From Lama glama (Eukaryota), in assembly GCA_028534125.1 (NCBI GenBank), contig CM052818.1:1-64000 (forward strand): a stretch of DNA of 64,000 nucleotides, given 5' to 3'. Positions 1 through 11,885 of this stretch are shown here, piece by piece (the stretch's first letter is position 1; each line of letters starts with the position of its first letter). Both the position numbers and the translations under genes were made by a program. Below the pieces are notes generated by a model. The model was not told the origin of the DNA and ran no database searches. It worked only from the letters and a program-made list of their open reading frames with translations.

Positions 1-1936
1 CCCAGCTCCCAAACTCCAGGATCCCCAGGGCAAAGTGTGGCCATGACCACTCTTATTCCTGTGGGAAACACGAGTGAATGCCCACCTGTCCCTTGCCCAG
101 CTCTGACCAAGGAGCAGAAACTTTAGCTTTCCCAGACAAACATTCTCATTCATATTAATAGCCTATTATATTTTCCAGCACTTTTTGACAGCTCTTCTTG
201 GAATTTTTTTTAACCAAACTTGCAGCCTAGGATTTCCAGAGGAACGGCAAAAGGTGTTTCAGCCTTAAGAGAAGAACAAACCCATAGGCCTCCTTTGGTG
301 GGGATGGGGAGAGAGAGAGAGGAGGGTCTCCTCACTCACACCTTCTCTCTTCCAGGCTATATCCTAACTGCCTGTGGAGTCTGGGGTCCATCTCTCTCTT
401 GGGGCTTGTTTCTGCCTCTGAGGAATTACGAGATTGGCCCTCCTTGGGTCATTTCAAATATCCTGACCAGTTCTAATGTTTCATCATTCTTCTGAGATCC
501 ACAAAGTTGGAAGATCAGAATCTAGAGCAAAAAGCTGAAAGCAGGGCCAAGGAGAGTCTGTGGTCAATCAGCCAGCCGTCCCCTGTGGGAAAGGACAGAG
601 CAGGAGAGAAGTGCGAAGGCCGAAGGCCAATTCTCCACCCCCTTCCCAGCCAGCAGAGGGAGGGACCAGGCCTGTCCCGCAGGGTTGTAAATTTGCAAAG
701 ATGAGAATTTCCCCAAACTCCCTCGTGGCCAGCATTTATTAAAGAGCTACCATAGACTCCACTGGTCTAAATCAGGAAGGATCCGACCACCCATAGCTTT
801 CTGATTTCAGGCTCCTGGCATCTCAGGTGCCTTGAGCCCACTGTCTGCCCCAGGCTCCCAGATCTGTGGGCACCAGCCCCCCACCCCCCACCCCGTGCTG
901 GGTCACACTACTGGGGAGTCAGGATGCTTCTGAGAGAACTGGTTTCCCCCACAATGACATAGGAGGCTCCCTAGGAAACGAAGGGGTGCAGCCTGAGACA
1001 AGTCCTCTCCCTATTGGTACAGTGAGAGACAAGCCTCAGCAGATTCTGGGCCCAGGGTAACTTTCATCACCCCAGGGGCCTCCTGCTCCAGATCCAACAA
1101 CGCGTGGGCTGGACTGGGGACACTAGATTATGAATTACGCCATCTCACCGCACACATACAAATTCCCAGCCACCAGACCAGAGGCCAATGCCAAGCCCAT
1201 GTCCAGGTACAGCCTGAGATGCCCTCATAGGCAGTAGCGATAACGGCAAACTTTTTAGCAAAACGTGTTCTCAAGGTTCCATATACTTCATTAACTCTTT
1301 TAATCCTCCTAAGAGCCCTGTGAGGTAGGTAATGTCATCTCCTCCATTCTACCAAGAGGGGAAGGCAACGCGCCCCAAATACAAATGCAAATGCAAAGAT
1401 CACACAACACAAAAGGCCAAGCCAGGACCGGGCCAGGCAGCCCGGCTCCTCTGCGCTCCTGTGCACCCTGCTAGATGAATGCCCTCCTCCTGTTGAACAG
1501 CAGGGCCCGTACAGGCCAGATGGCGCTGCACAGCACATTCAGGCAGGATGCATCCGTGAAAAGGCCATCTTCTAATCCAGTTATCCCACCAGACAGACAC
1601 GAGGGATGAACAGTGGAGGGCGTGGCCCGCGGGGCTGCCCCAGCAGGTCAGAGGGCAGCAAACGTATCTCTGGACATTCACCACTTGACTCCTGACAAAG
1701 CTGGAGCTCTACATTACTGTTTTCCCAAAGAGAGGAGAGGGCGGAAGCCTCGCTGCCATCTTCACCCTGCCTCCACAGACGGCTCCAGGTGTTGCAGAGG
1801 AAGCAAGAGAGAGTGCCTGCGTGGGAAAGCACAGCCTGTGCTGCCCTGTTAAGAGGTTGCACTGTCACCTCCTGGAGTGTGAGATCATGCTCAAAAAAGC
1901 AAAGGTGGAGTGGCCACAATTCTACAGCAGCCATTC

Positions 1937-2408
1937 CACTTTTCTTTTTTTTTTTTTTGGTTTGGTTTTTTTTGTTTGTTTTTCCCTTTTTCAGTTTTAT
2001 TAGGTAGAATTATTACAGTTTGACTGCACACACACATTATATTGCATGTAAATACATATATACAATACAATGCACTTCTTTTTTTAGTTTACATATGTGT
2101 ACTGATCATTGCTTCTAAGAACAGATTTAGAGCTTTAGCTTTTTAAACTTACATAGTTATCAAGGGAATAAAGCCAACTACAAAATAAGGATCAACAAAA
2201 TGCGGGAATCCAATCATAAAGGACAGATGTGCTGACACATATTCAAGAAATCAATCATCTCAGTTATAAATGGTAAGTAGTTCATTGTATCCGTATTATT
2301 ATTATTGTTACTATTTTTCAGTTTCCTCATATAAATAATGTCATACGGCATTTTTCTTTCTCTTTCCAGCCCACTTCACTTAGAATGACAATCTTCAGGT
2401 CTACCACG
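1937..2408 (-). mobile_element. Retroposed chimera: short L1 fragment joined to a non-L1 mRNA-like 3' end with AATAAA and poly(A)
   Basis: Poly-T 1940-1990; tttatt at 1996-2001; L1-like segment ~2275-2405 resembling the L1 at 44490-44615; gccattc duplicated at 1930-1936 and 2409-2415. Confidence 0.65.
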
Positions 2409-3929
2409 GCCATTCTTAATTTAATTTTGATGTTTATGCCGCTACCAGGCTGGCTGGAAACCCAGCCAACACTGCTCACCCTTGACCCTCGAAGAATCTA
2501 GCAAGTTAAACCGTCAGCCCTTCCTCAAGTCATGTTGCCCTTTGCCCAACAGATCACAACCATCTTTCAGTGTTCGGTGACAGATGAAAATGATGATGGT
2601 GACCATTAAGGAGCCAGGAACCACCCTATAGGTTTACTGACTTGATTTCCACTGTTCTTTTGTAAAATTTCTACATCCCTGTCTTACATGTCACTTGGTG
2701 GTAAGGTGAAGAGCCAAGGTTCAAAGCGTGTCTGGCTCTAAAGCCAGACCCTTGGGACCACTACCCTCCCCTGTCCTGGGGACCCTCTTAGAGCAGGCAG
2801 CCACTCTCTGCCCTGTAGCTTCTTGGATGACCTCAGGGATGGCCATCAGATGAGACTAAGAGAGAGGATATGGAACAGCTGTGAAAATGCAACACGTTGG
2901 CCCAAATTTCTCCTCTTTGGGCTGTGAGGATGTATCCACCCTGAGTTTATTAGGTCCATTCAGGAAGGGATGATTAATCACCTAATGTTACAGCCTCCTA
3001 AACGCACCCCTGGAGGCCCACTCAGCCTTGGCCAGCACTGCTGGGTGAGGGGTGGCCAAGGAAAGCAGAAGTCAGAAACAGGAAGCAGCCTCCACATAAA
3101 GACCTTTTTCCTGGATGGGGAAGACAGCGAAATACACTTGGCAGAGTCTTGCCAACTTTCACCCACAGCACAGCCACAGGGAGAGAGCACAAGGCCCAAG
3201 GCCACAGGTCAATGTCATTTAGGAGACAGCAAGTGTTACAGGGCCCAGGAGGACTACAACTGAAAAAATACTAACCCCTAGAGAGGCCCTCAAGTAATGA
3301 GAGCTCCCACGGAACCCAGACAGCATCTGTGTTGGTCTAGTTTGTCTCTCTCACCCCAACAGTCACAGGGCCCAGGTTTGAATGCTTCCAAGCATGACAG
3401 GCTCACTACTTCTCTCAGTTGGTAGCACCTGCTGTTGGCCAACCCTAGCTGTTACAAAGATTTTCCTTAATCTGAGATCAATCTACTTTTGGGTAACTTC
3501 TGTCTAGTCTCCATTCTGCCACTTGGAATACGAGCTCCCAAACTTGGCTGCATGACACATTAAGAATTCCAGAGATCCTTTCCAGACTAACCAAACTGAC
3601 AGCTTTCGGTCTGTCTGTGTATGCGCAAACACCTTCCCCTCTCCTCGGGCTGGTATCCACCATTCCAACAATGTGGTAATGATGGGCTGTGTTCTAATCA
3701 ACACTGCCTAAGGGTCATTTGTACCACTTCCTGCCTGGGGTCTTTGAGTCATTAGTTAAGGTGTTAGGCTAAGTGTGGAATCATCCAGTATCGAGCCTGG
3801 GTGCTGGGATTTGGAAATAGAAACCCTATACTTGGTGGAAACAGATTTAAGTTGTTGGAAACTATCAAAGCAGAATCATTCAGGCCAACCCTTATTTCGT
3901 AGCCGGTTGTGGTGAAATAAAGGCTGTGG

Positions 3930-4075
3930 CATCAGAAGAATCAGTGTTCAAATCCTGGCTCTAGTATTTGTGCAGGTGTGTAAAACTGGGCCTGTGTCAG
4001 TTTCCTCCCTGTAAAATGGGATGAATAACCCTCACAACAGAGTCACTGGCGTAAATGAGCTGACAGGGTGAAGCC
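3930..4075 (+). mobile_element. MIR SINE fragment
   Basis: Contains gttcaaatcctggctct...tcagtttcctccctgtaaaatggg, typical of the MIR core. Confidence 0.7.
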
Positions 4076-5284
4076 CTCCATCTGCTTAACCCTCTCCTTC
4101 TGTTCCTTTTCCTCTTTTTCTCCTAGACTCCCCTCTGCCACGTGGCACCCTCAGAGGATCAGGGACATTTCTTAACCCTACTTAGTCACATTCAGGGTAA
4201 GCAAAACAGGGGCTCTTGCCCCAAATTGTTTCATCTCTTTCTGTGGTGGGCGTGTGGCCTACCACACGGGGCTGCTTCCCTTTAAATCTCTGTCAGGAAG
4301 AAAGAAGGAAAGGAGGGGGCATTCCAGAGGCAAAGCCTGAGTGAGGTAAGGGACGGCCACTTGCCTGCCTGGAGGCAAGGGTGTGAGAAAGAGACAGTAG
4401 TTTTGACACATCTGTTGAGCAATCTTGAGATTAGAACTTCCTCATTAGACAATTCTTATCAGTTTCTTTCTTCCCATAACACACAGGTCCGACATCCTGC
4501 CTCCTCTACAGAATGTTCTAAAGAGAAATTAACCCCAGACTCTTTATGAAATAACACCCCAGATGGAAAGCCCATCTCCTTCTTAAGTGCCCACATTTTC
4601 CTCCAGACCAGCACTAAAAAGAGGAAAAACTGTGTCATAGCAACGATACAAAGAAGGAAGCGAGGAGAAGAGCCTCTGCTTCAAAGTGTGCAGTGACCCA
4701 GGTGTGGCAGACACAGCCCCAGCCAGGTATGAGGAAGGCCAGAAAGGGAAGGCCTGGAGGTGAGAGCCAGAAAGAGGTCACAGAGAAACTGAGGTCAAGG
4801 CAGCACACCCTTGACCAAGGTCACATAGTTGAGACCAGAATCTGGATCACCCAGACATCTTACTCCATTGTCAGAAACAGCAAATGACAGTCCTGCGCCC
4901 AAGCCTCCCCGAGGGCCTGTGTCAATTTGCAGGCCAGTTTCAGCTGAACGGCTAGCGGCCACTTCCTGGATGCTGAGGCCACCCTATCAGGCCCCAGTGG
5001 GAAAATGGTCCTGATCGAATGATTTACATCCAGAAAAGAGCAATATTCCAACTTTGACAGTTTGTTAGGTAAAGTGTTAGCAATTCCTACTCTGAATACC
5101 TTAAGAGGTCTCAAAAGAAAGCAGAGAAGAAACCTTAAATCTCAACATCTAAAGCTGTAAGATTTCGAACATTCAGCTCCTGAACCCCTGACCACGGCTG
5201 TGACCCCAGCTTCTCTCATTTTATAGCCTTTGCTGAAAACCAATTGTACACAGAGTGCTAGAGTGTACAGGAACATAATTTAAA

Positions 5285-5600
5285 AAGAAAGGAATTCTGG
5301 AGGTGGATAGCAGTGACGCTGGCACAACAGTCTGAATATACTTAATGCCATGAATTGTGCACTTTGAAAATATATACAGTTGACCCTGTATATACTTATA
5401 CACACACATACATGCATCATATATAATATATATACAAACAATGTTATACGTAATTATATGCTATATATACATAGAATACATTCATTGAATACAATAGGCA
5501 ATATAGAATATGTAGCACACATACAAGTTATATTATATATAATTATATACACATATATAAATATATAATACATATATAGAACAAGATATATACATACACT
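5285..5600 (+). repeat. Old L1M 3'-end fragment followed by degenerate (TA)n/(CA)n low-complexity tract
   Basis: ttctggaggtggatagcagtgacg...aatatacttaatgccatgaattgtgcactt, then a TA-rich run 5370-5600. Confidence 0.65.
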
Positions 5601-7669
5601 TTTTTTTTAATTTTTAAAAAAAGTCAAGAATCCTGTTTTCTAGGACTTTACAGAACTCAACTCATTATAGACCCAATAAACGACTCTGAAATGACTGGAG
5701 GGATGGGTGTTAGTGGATAAGAAAGGAAAACACATTGCAAAGCAGCCCATGGGGTGTCACAGGTGTGAGGAAGTGGCCCGTGAGACTGGCACTCAGGCGG
5801 GATTGCTTCCAGGCTAAGCATATTCATACATAAATAACCAACATACACGTTGGAGGATATCTGTTGACCTGGAGGCAGTAGGGAGATCATGTGAAAAGAA
5901 GGTGTGGGCCAGCCCAAGATTAGGGGGTTATGAAGGAGGTTATGAATTTTAGGACCAGAAAGTTACTCACCTGACTACACTGCATTAGCTCCCTATTGCA
6001 ATGTCTTCGTGTTCGGGTGATTTAATCCTATCACCTTTAATCAAGGGGTCACAGGAAGGAAGAATCATCAAGATGACCCCACTGTGTAAAGTTGCCATGT
6101 TGTTGACTGACCAGCCAATTCTCTGCAGGGTCAGGAGAAAGTCTGGTTGCCCAGAATCACTGAGCTTCCTGCTACAGGCCAATGAAATTAAAACTGACTG
6201 TCCTTTTTGCCTTGACTGTCAGGAAGCTCAACGCTCTGTTGTCAACTTCAATGCGATCAGTTTTTTGATAATCACCCGTGCCTGTTCCAAGCCTCTTATT
6301 CTAGAAATCTTTTTAATGACAGCTGAACCATATCACCTAATCCTTTCACTAGGGAAACAGAAAATAAGCAAGACATGATGGAGCAACTGCCCATCAGTCA
6401 TTCCTGTGTGTGAGGACACAGCCTCTTGGTAGAAAGCGGGGATTCAAGTGACCAAATCAAATCCTAAGTGATAAGAAAGCAGTTCCCCACACATGTAGGT
6501 GTCAGCGCCTAGGGCTCCGGGACAGCCTGAGGCACACTGCTGCTCTGCTGGACTTCTTTTTCCCGTCTTAGGTTATTTCTGATTTAGTACCTAGAAAACC
6601 TTCTCTCCAGGAGGTGCTGGATGAACACTAGCTAATTCCTGACTTTTAGCTTCTTCTAGACTCCAAACAGATCAACTGACTGAATTATGCCCTTACTGCA
6701 AATCTTTTGTCAAGGAAACCAAGGCTTAAAGACGCCTCCCCAAACCATAGGTCAAGTCCCTGGCAGGACCCAAAACATCCAGTGGCCAACTGAGCACCCT
6801 CATCTGGGGCATACATGTGCCCACCCCAGAAAAGCTAGGCAACCGCTGTCAGTGACCTCATTAATAATAACGCCTTCACAGACCCCTCCTGGGAGGACCA
6901 AGGCTGTGCGCAGGGCGGCAAGTTTATCCTGTCAAGTTGCCAAGCCAAGCCCAGATGTTTCTGATAAATACATTAAAAAAAAGAAAAAGAAAAAGAAAAA
7001 AGGATGAGTTAGGGAGGGAAAGACAGCAGATCCTGGATTCCTTAAGGCTCCTGTCCTCCGAAACACAGTTAACCAAAAGTTTCAGGTCTGCCACGACACT
7101 TTCTTCAGAAGAGACAAGGTGGACCCGCGCTGGGGCCACCAGGCCACCTCAGGGAGATTCCAGCCCTGACGCACCTGCCACCCACACGCCTGGAGCAGCA
7201 GGGTGCGTGTGGCGCTGGCGGAGGAGGCTCACAGGCCACTCCTCCAGGATCCTGTTGCACAGTGAGTCACAGGTTTTCCTGTTCTTCTAGTTCTTGGTCT
7301 CAGCTGCGTCGAGTTACAGCCAGACAATCTGTAAGCACCTGCCAGGAGATGTCCAGGAGATGGGCATTTGGGACGTCCCAGGACGCTCCTACATTCAGAG
7401 TGTGGGGCATCAGAGCAAAGGCATAATTATATGCCAGATGGACCAGACCCCGGAACAGTTCATTTACCCGCACGGACTGACCGAGCACTGAGTGGGCTGT
7501 GCCAGGGCCAGGCGCTGAAGAGACCCTAATCTCAACCTGCAAGGTGCCCAGTCTATCGGTGGGAGGCTAATATGTCAACAAGTAACTACAAACTGAAGGT
7601 AGTGAGGCCAAAGGGTAAGCAGTTTCTTTCACTATGATAAAAATACAAGCATTAAATCAGACACATCAA

Positions 7670-7812
7670 GGCGGGGAAGATATAGCTCAAGTGATAAAGT
7701 GCATTTCTAGCATGCATGAGGTCCTGGGTTCAATCCCCAATATCTCCTCTAAAAATAAATAAACAAATGAACCTAATTACCTCCCCCTACAAAAAATAAA
7801 AATAATAACAAA
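7670..7812 (+). mobile_element. Camelid-type tRNA-Ala-derived SINE (Vic-1-like)
   Basis: tRNA-like head (tagctcaagtg...gggttcaatcccc) and A-rich tail; 16-bp TSD aaatcagasacatcaa at 7654-7669 and 7813-7828 (1 mismatch). Confidence 0.85.
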
Positions 7813-8258
7813 AAATCAGAGACATCAATACAATCCTGAGAAGTTTTTGTCTTGAAAAGGTTAGAAACGTGTATTATTTGTTGACCCTGTGCCTAGAATG
7901 GTCTTATCTGGCCTAACTCCCACTTGCCCTTCAGGGCCCCCGTACAGATGGCCTCTCCCCAAATCCTTCCCCAAATTCCCAGCCAGTGATGCCGACATAC
8001 TTTTGACACTTGTGTCTCCTGCCTTCACGGGTCCAAGGACTAAAGGCACCGACTACATGTTCCCAACTTCATCTTTGCGACGCCCATGCCAGGCTCCAGA
8101 GTCTGCCACTGAGCCTCTTACCCCACAGGGGCATCTGAATCCCCCAACTCTTCTCTGCTGGACCAAATCCCCGTGGGTCTGTTCCTTTGCACTATGTCTG
8201 GCCCCAGACCTTCCCAGTCTGCCCCACCCCGACCCCCCACAACCACACCCAGCAGAAG

Positions 8259-8391
8259 CAGGGCAACCATATGTCCCAGTTTGCCCAGGACAATCTCAGT
8301 CTGCAGTGTGGGAACAGCATAACTGTTAATAGTGTCCCCTATTATTTTTAAAAGTGGCCCAGTTTGGACACTAAATTATAGGGTCACCTTC
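8259..8391. mobile_element. hAT DNA transposon MITE (MER94-like)
   Basis: Imperfect terminal inverted repeats cagggcaaccata ... tatagggtcacctt and internal tgtcccagtttgcccaggaca motif. Confidence 0.55.
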
Positions 8392-10339
8392 AGTACAGGC
8401 CACAGACCAAATCCTGTGGTCATTCTGGGTGAGAAGAGAGCTCGTGCTGTGCAAATGGCGCTGAAGGAAACAGGATGGGGTTCCTGGCTGGTCCCTTAGT
8501 ACCTGGCACTTGGTTTCCTCACCTACAGAATGAGGGGTTTGGATTAGATGATCCCAAAAGTCCCTGACACCTGACTCATAACCTCATGAAACTGAAAAAC
8601 CCTGGGCCATGCCCAGTAGTCCCAGGCAGCCCCCTGCTGGGGCCAAGGGCCTGGGCTCTGGCATCAGACCGCCTGGCTTTGAATTCTGGCTTGCCCTTGA
8701 GCAAGGATGGTCCCTTTCTGGGCCTTGCTGCCTTCATGTGAATATCCGTAACGATGATGCCCACCCTGGAGGGCTGCCTGACCACACCCAAGTTGCAGTA
8801 GAGTTCAAGGACAAAGCCCAGCACGTAGTCCATGCTGCACACGTTTGTTATTTTAAGACTTTTGGGAAATCGAGGGGGAAATTCCCGGGACATGGCTGGA
8901 AGGCTTCACTGGAAGGTTTTGAGACAGGAAAATCTGAGAGGAAGCAGAAGAAAGCCCCTCAAATGGGAAAAAGGAAAAGGGGCAGCTTCAGACCGTCCCA
9001 TGGCCTATCTGGCTTCCTTCCTTAGTCAGGCAATACGGAGAGGTCCGAGGTTGGAGGCTGGGAAGGAGGCCTTCCAAGAACATGGACTGTGTCTCTGGCC
9101 TGGCCTCCAAAGCAGGGCTGCGGAGCTGAGGGTGAAAAGAGGCAGGAAGCGGGGGGGAGGGGGGGCCAAGGCCTCCTAGAGCCACGTTTCTCGGGCCTGA
9201 CTCACTCTCTGGGTCAACTGCAAGACCAGGTCCATCCAGAGAAGGACTATAAGGGAAATGCTCAGAGATCCACACACACCTAGTGCAAAAGCATCACCAC
9301 CACCCCTCCCTCCCCACAAAAGAGGCCAGCACTTCAGGGAAACCAAGACGGTCTAGCTCCGGCCGCCACAGGAACATGGCCAGGACTCCCAACTGGGTTT
9401 GGACAAGACTACAGGCTGCCCAGGGTTGGGGAGAGGTAAAGCGTGGATTCCATACAGTCCTCTCGGGCTTCGTCAAGAGCCCCGGGCACCCCAGGGTCAG
9501 AAGGGACCACACTGGACAGCCTAGGGTGTTTGAGAGGCAGTGAGTCTCAGCTGAGACCCAAGATGGTCAGGGACCCTCTCTCCACCCAATGTGCCAAAAG
9601 AATGTAGGAACGACTGAATCCCCAGGGGTCAGTGGGACTGAAACCTACCATGACCTGGTCCTATGACCCAACAGCACAGGGCACTGTTAGCAGTTTCCCC
9701 AGTGGGAAGCCAGAGGCCGGGCAGACGCGAGGAAGTGTGAGCAGGCACCCAGCACTGGCCAACTCCAGCGTAAGTGGCCTCAGCAACTGCCCTCGGAGCC
9801 TCAGGGACTCTGCCCTGCAGGGGAGGTACTGACAGGGCGGGAACTCGGTCTCTGCACTGAAGAGGGGTTGAACGCATGCTGGGATTATTCCGTACAGCTG
9901 GGTCTCTGGTGATTCCCCCCAGGGAGGTCACTTGAACCTGAGGTGCACCAGAATGGCCAAGGCATCCCAGAGACCCCCCGCCACCCACCCACCCAGTGGG
10001 GATGCTGCCTACCGAGGACCAGAAGGAAAGCAAGTGAGACGGGTCTCCTATGCGCAGGAAAGAGAAGGGTGTAGAAGTTGGAAGGGGCAGTGAAGATGCT
10101 TCTTTATGCCTCAGCTTTAGGAACGTTCCTTCCTTCTGCCCTCCCTGTCCTCTGCTCTAATCTGACATCAGAGAGCATAAATGAGCCAGAACCCATATGC
10201 CCTAAAAGCCACTGGGAGAAAGGAAGCAGGGCCCCTTCTGCTTCCACCCAGATGGAGAGTGCAGTAGCGTATCTGAGAGTGCGTACTCATATCAGACACA
10301 CAGTGTGGATCAGGCTGAGCTCTAAGAGATTCCCATACA

Positions 10340-10510
10340 CTCAATCTCTCTTGAATCCTTACAATGACACTACTAAGGTGTTACTACTCTCTGTTTTACA
10401 AGAGGAAGAAACTGAGGCCTAGAGAGGTTAAATAACTGACCCAAGTTCATAGAGCTGGTTTGTGGTGAGCCAGGATCAACCCCAGGGAGCCTGGCTCTGC
10501 ATCTCACCAC
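10340..10510 (-). mobile_element. MIR SINE fragment
   Basis: gaagaaactgaggcctagagaggttaaataactgacccaagttcatagagct matches the MIR core in reverse. Confidence 0.75.
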
Positions 10511-10969
10511 ACAGCCCCTCCCAGTGATGCTGGACTGGCCCCCATGGGTATCAACAGCCCTCTTCCGCTCCTGGAAAGAGTAGCTCCACCCGCTCCCATG
10601 CCTGCCTTGTTCAGAAGCCTGGCAGATGCCCTGCCTCCAGGGAAACCCCAACAACAGCCAGGGTGAGATTCTCCTGGGCAGCAAACTTCTCTCCCACTGG
10701 CTTCCTGGAGGGCTCACCTTGCCCTGAGGACAGACAACCTGAACCCCAATAACCCACACTGCAGCGCCAGGGGTCATGGACATCTGCTAACTACTGTGGT
10801 CTGCAGATCTCACCTTAAAGTCAACTTTTGGAAACGGCCACTTCCCACCATGACTGTCCCACCATGACATGGCACACTGAGCACTAAGAACCATGGCCCT
10901 GGCCGCAGCCACTACTAAGTAGCTGTATGACCATTAGTGACGCAGTGTAACACTGAAGCGGGGGATAGC

Positions 10970-11101
10970 TGGGGTTTTTGGGGGGGGCGGTAATTGTGTT
11001 TATTTATTTATTTAGTTTTTCAGTGGCGGCGCTGGGGATTGAACCCAGGACCTCGTGCATGCTAAGCATGCGCTCTACCACTTGGGGCTATGCCCTCCCT
11101 C
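10970..11101 (-). mobile_element. Vic-1-like SINE
   Basis: ctggggattgaacccaggacctcgtgcatgctaagcatgcgctctaccac; ggatagc on both flanks. Confidence 0.85.
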
Positions 11102-11167
11102 GGATAGCCTCTGTTTTTGTTTGCTGTTTTGTTGCTTTTGTTTTTTAGCCTTCCATCTGTGTTAACC

Positions 11168-11258
11168 TTATTTTTTTTTTAATTGAAGTATAGTCAGTTT
11201 ACGATGTTGTATCAATTTCCAGGGTACAGCATAATATCTTAGTCATATTCATACATAT
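11168..11258 (-). mobile_element. Very short L1 3'-end insertion
   Basis: Poly-T then aattgaagtatagtcagttt..., the same terminus as the L1 ends at 40765 and 57325. Confidence 0.75.
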
Positions 11259-11299
11259 ATGCTCAGGACAGCCCCCACTAAAGAATATGTTCTTTTGAT

Positions 11300-11530
11300 G
11301 CCATTTCTCAACCTAGAGATATTTGGGGCCAAAGAAGTCTTTTGTGGGGGAGGTTGGGGGAGGCCTGTCCTGAGCATCATAGGATGTTTTAGCATCATTT
11401 CTTGACTCTTCTTACTAAGTACGATGACACATCTTCACCCACCTGCCTGTGACAATTAAAAAGGTCCCCAGACATCACCAAAGTCCACTTGGGGTGACAA
11501 ATCACTTAATAGTTTAAAAACTACTGCTCT
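11300..11530 (-). mobile_element. MER20-like hAT DNA transposon
   Basis: tttctcaacc...ttgtggggg...ctgtcctgagcatcataggatgttttagca...gtgacaattaaaaaggtccccagacat; homologous to the copy at 52009-52180. Confidence 0.7.
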
Positions 11531-11850
11531 AAAGGTATAGTTAAAAAAAAAAAAAAGGAACAGGCTTTGCCCCTTTAGATTGGAATAGGGTAAAACTCTT
11601 GCTCTTTATGACAGGCTGGGAGAGCCCCCTCACGAGATTATCCAGCCAAAAAGGTCACTAGCACTGAGGTTGAGAGACCTGCTTTATTACAAAGCCGGCA
11701 CGGCCACCTGTGATCCGCGGCGTGCGGTATTAAGTCGCAGCCAATGAACTCTGTGATCTGACGTGCCACACCTCCATTTCCACTGCTTTGGAAAGGCCAG
11801 GACAGACAACACACATTGTCAGAAAACAAACCAAACTTGCTGACTTCATA

Positions 11851-11885
11851 GGGGGCACAGCTCAGCGGTAGAGCATTTGACTGCA
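11851..11885 (+). pseudogene. 5' half of tRNA-Cys(GCA), tailless tRNA pseudogene
   Basis: gggggcacagctcagcggtagagcatttgactgca matches the mammalian tRNA-Cys 5' half (GGGGGYATAGCTCAGTGGTAGAGCATTTGACTGCA, ~2 mismatches) and stops at the anticodon; no T-arm or B box follows. Confidence 0.85.

Noticed and set aside
1514..1529. CTCF-like motif ggccagatggcgctg
   Set aside because: Lacks the conserved leading CC of the core; a single partial match is expected by chance in 64 kb.
7670..7812. tRNA-Ala-like sequences as real tRNA genes (nine copies)
   Set aside because: All carry the same non-tRNA A-rich tail, most have TSDs, and the stems are mutated, so they are SINEs.
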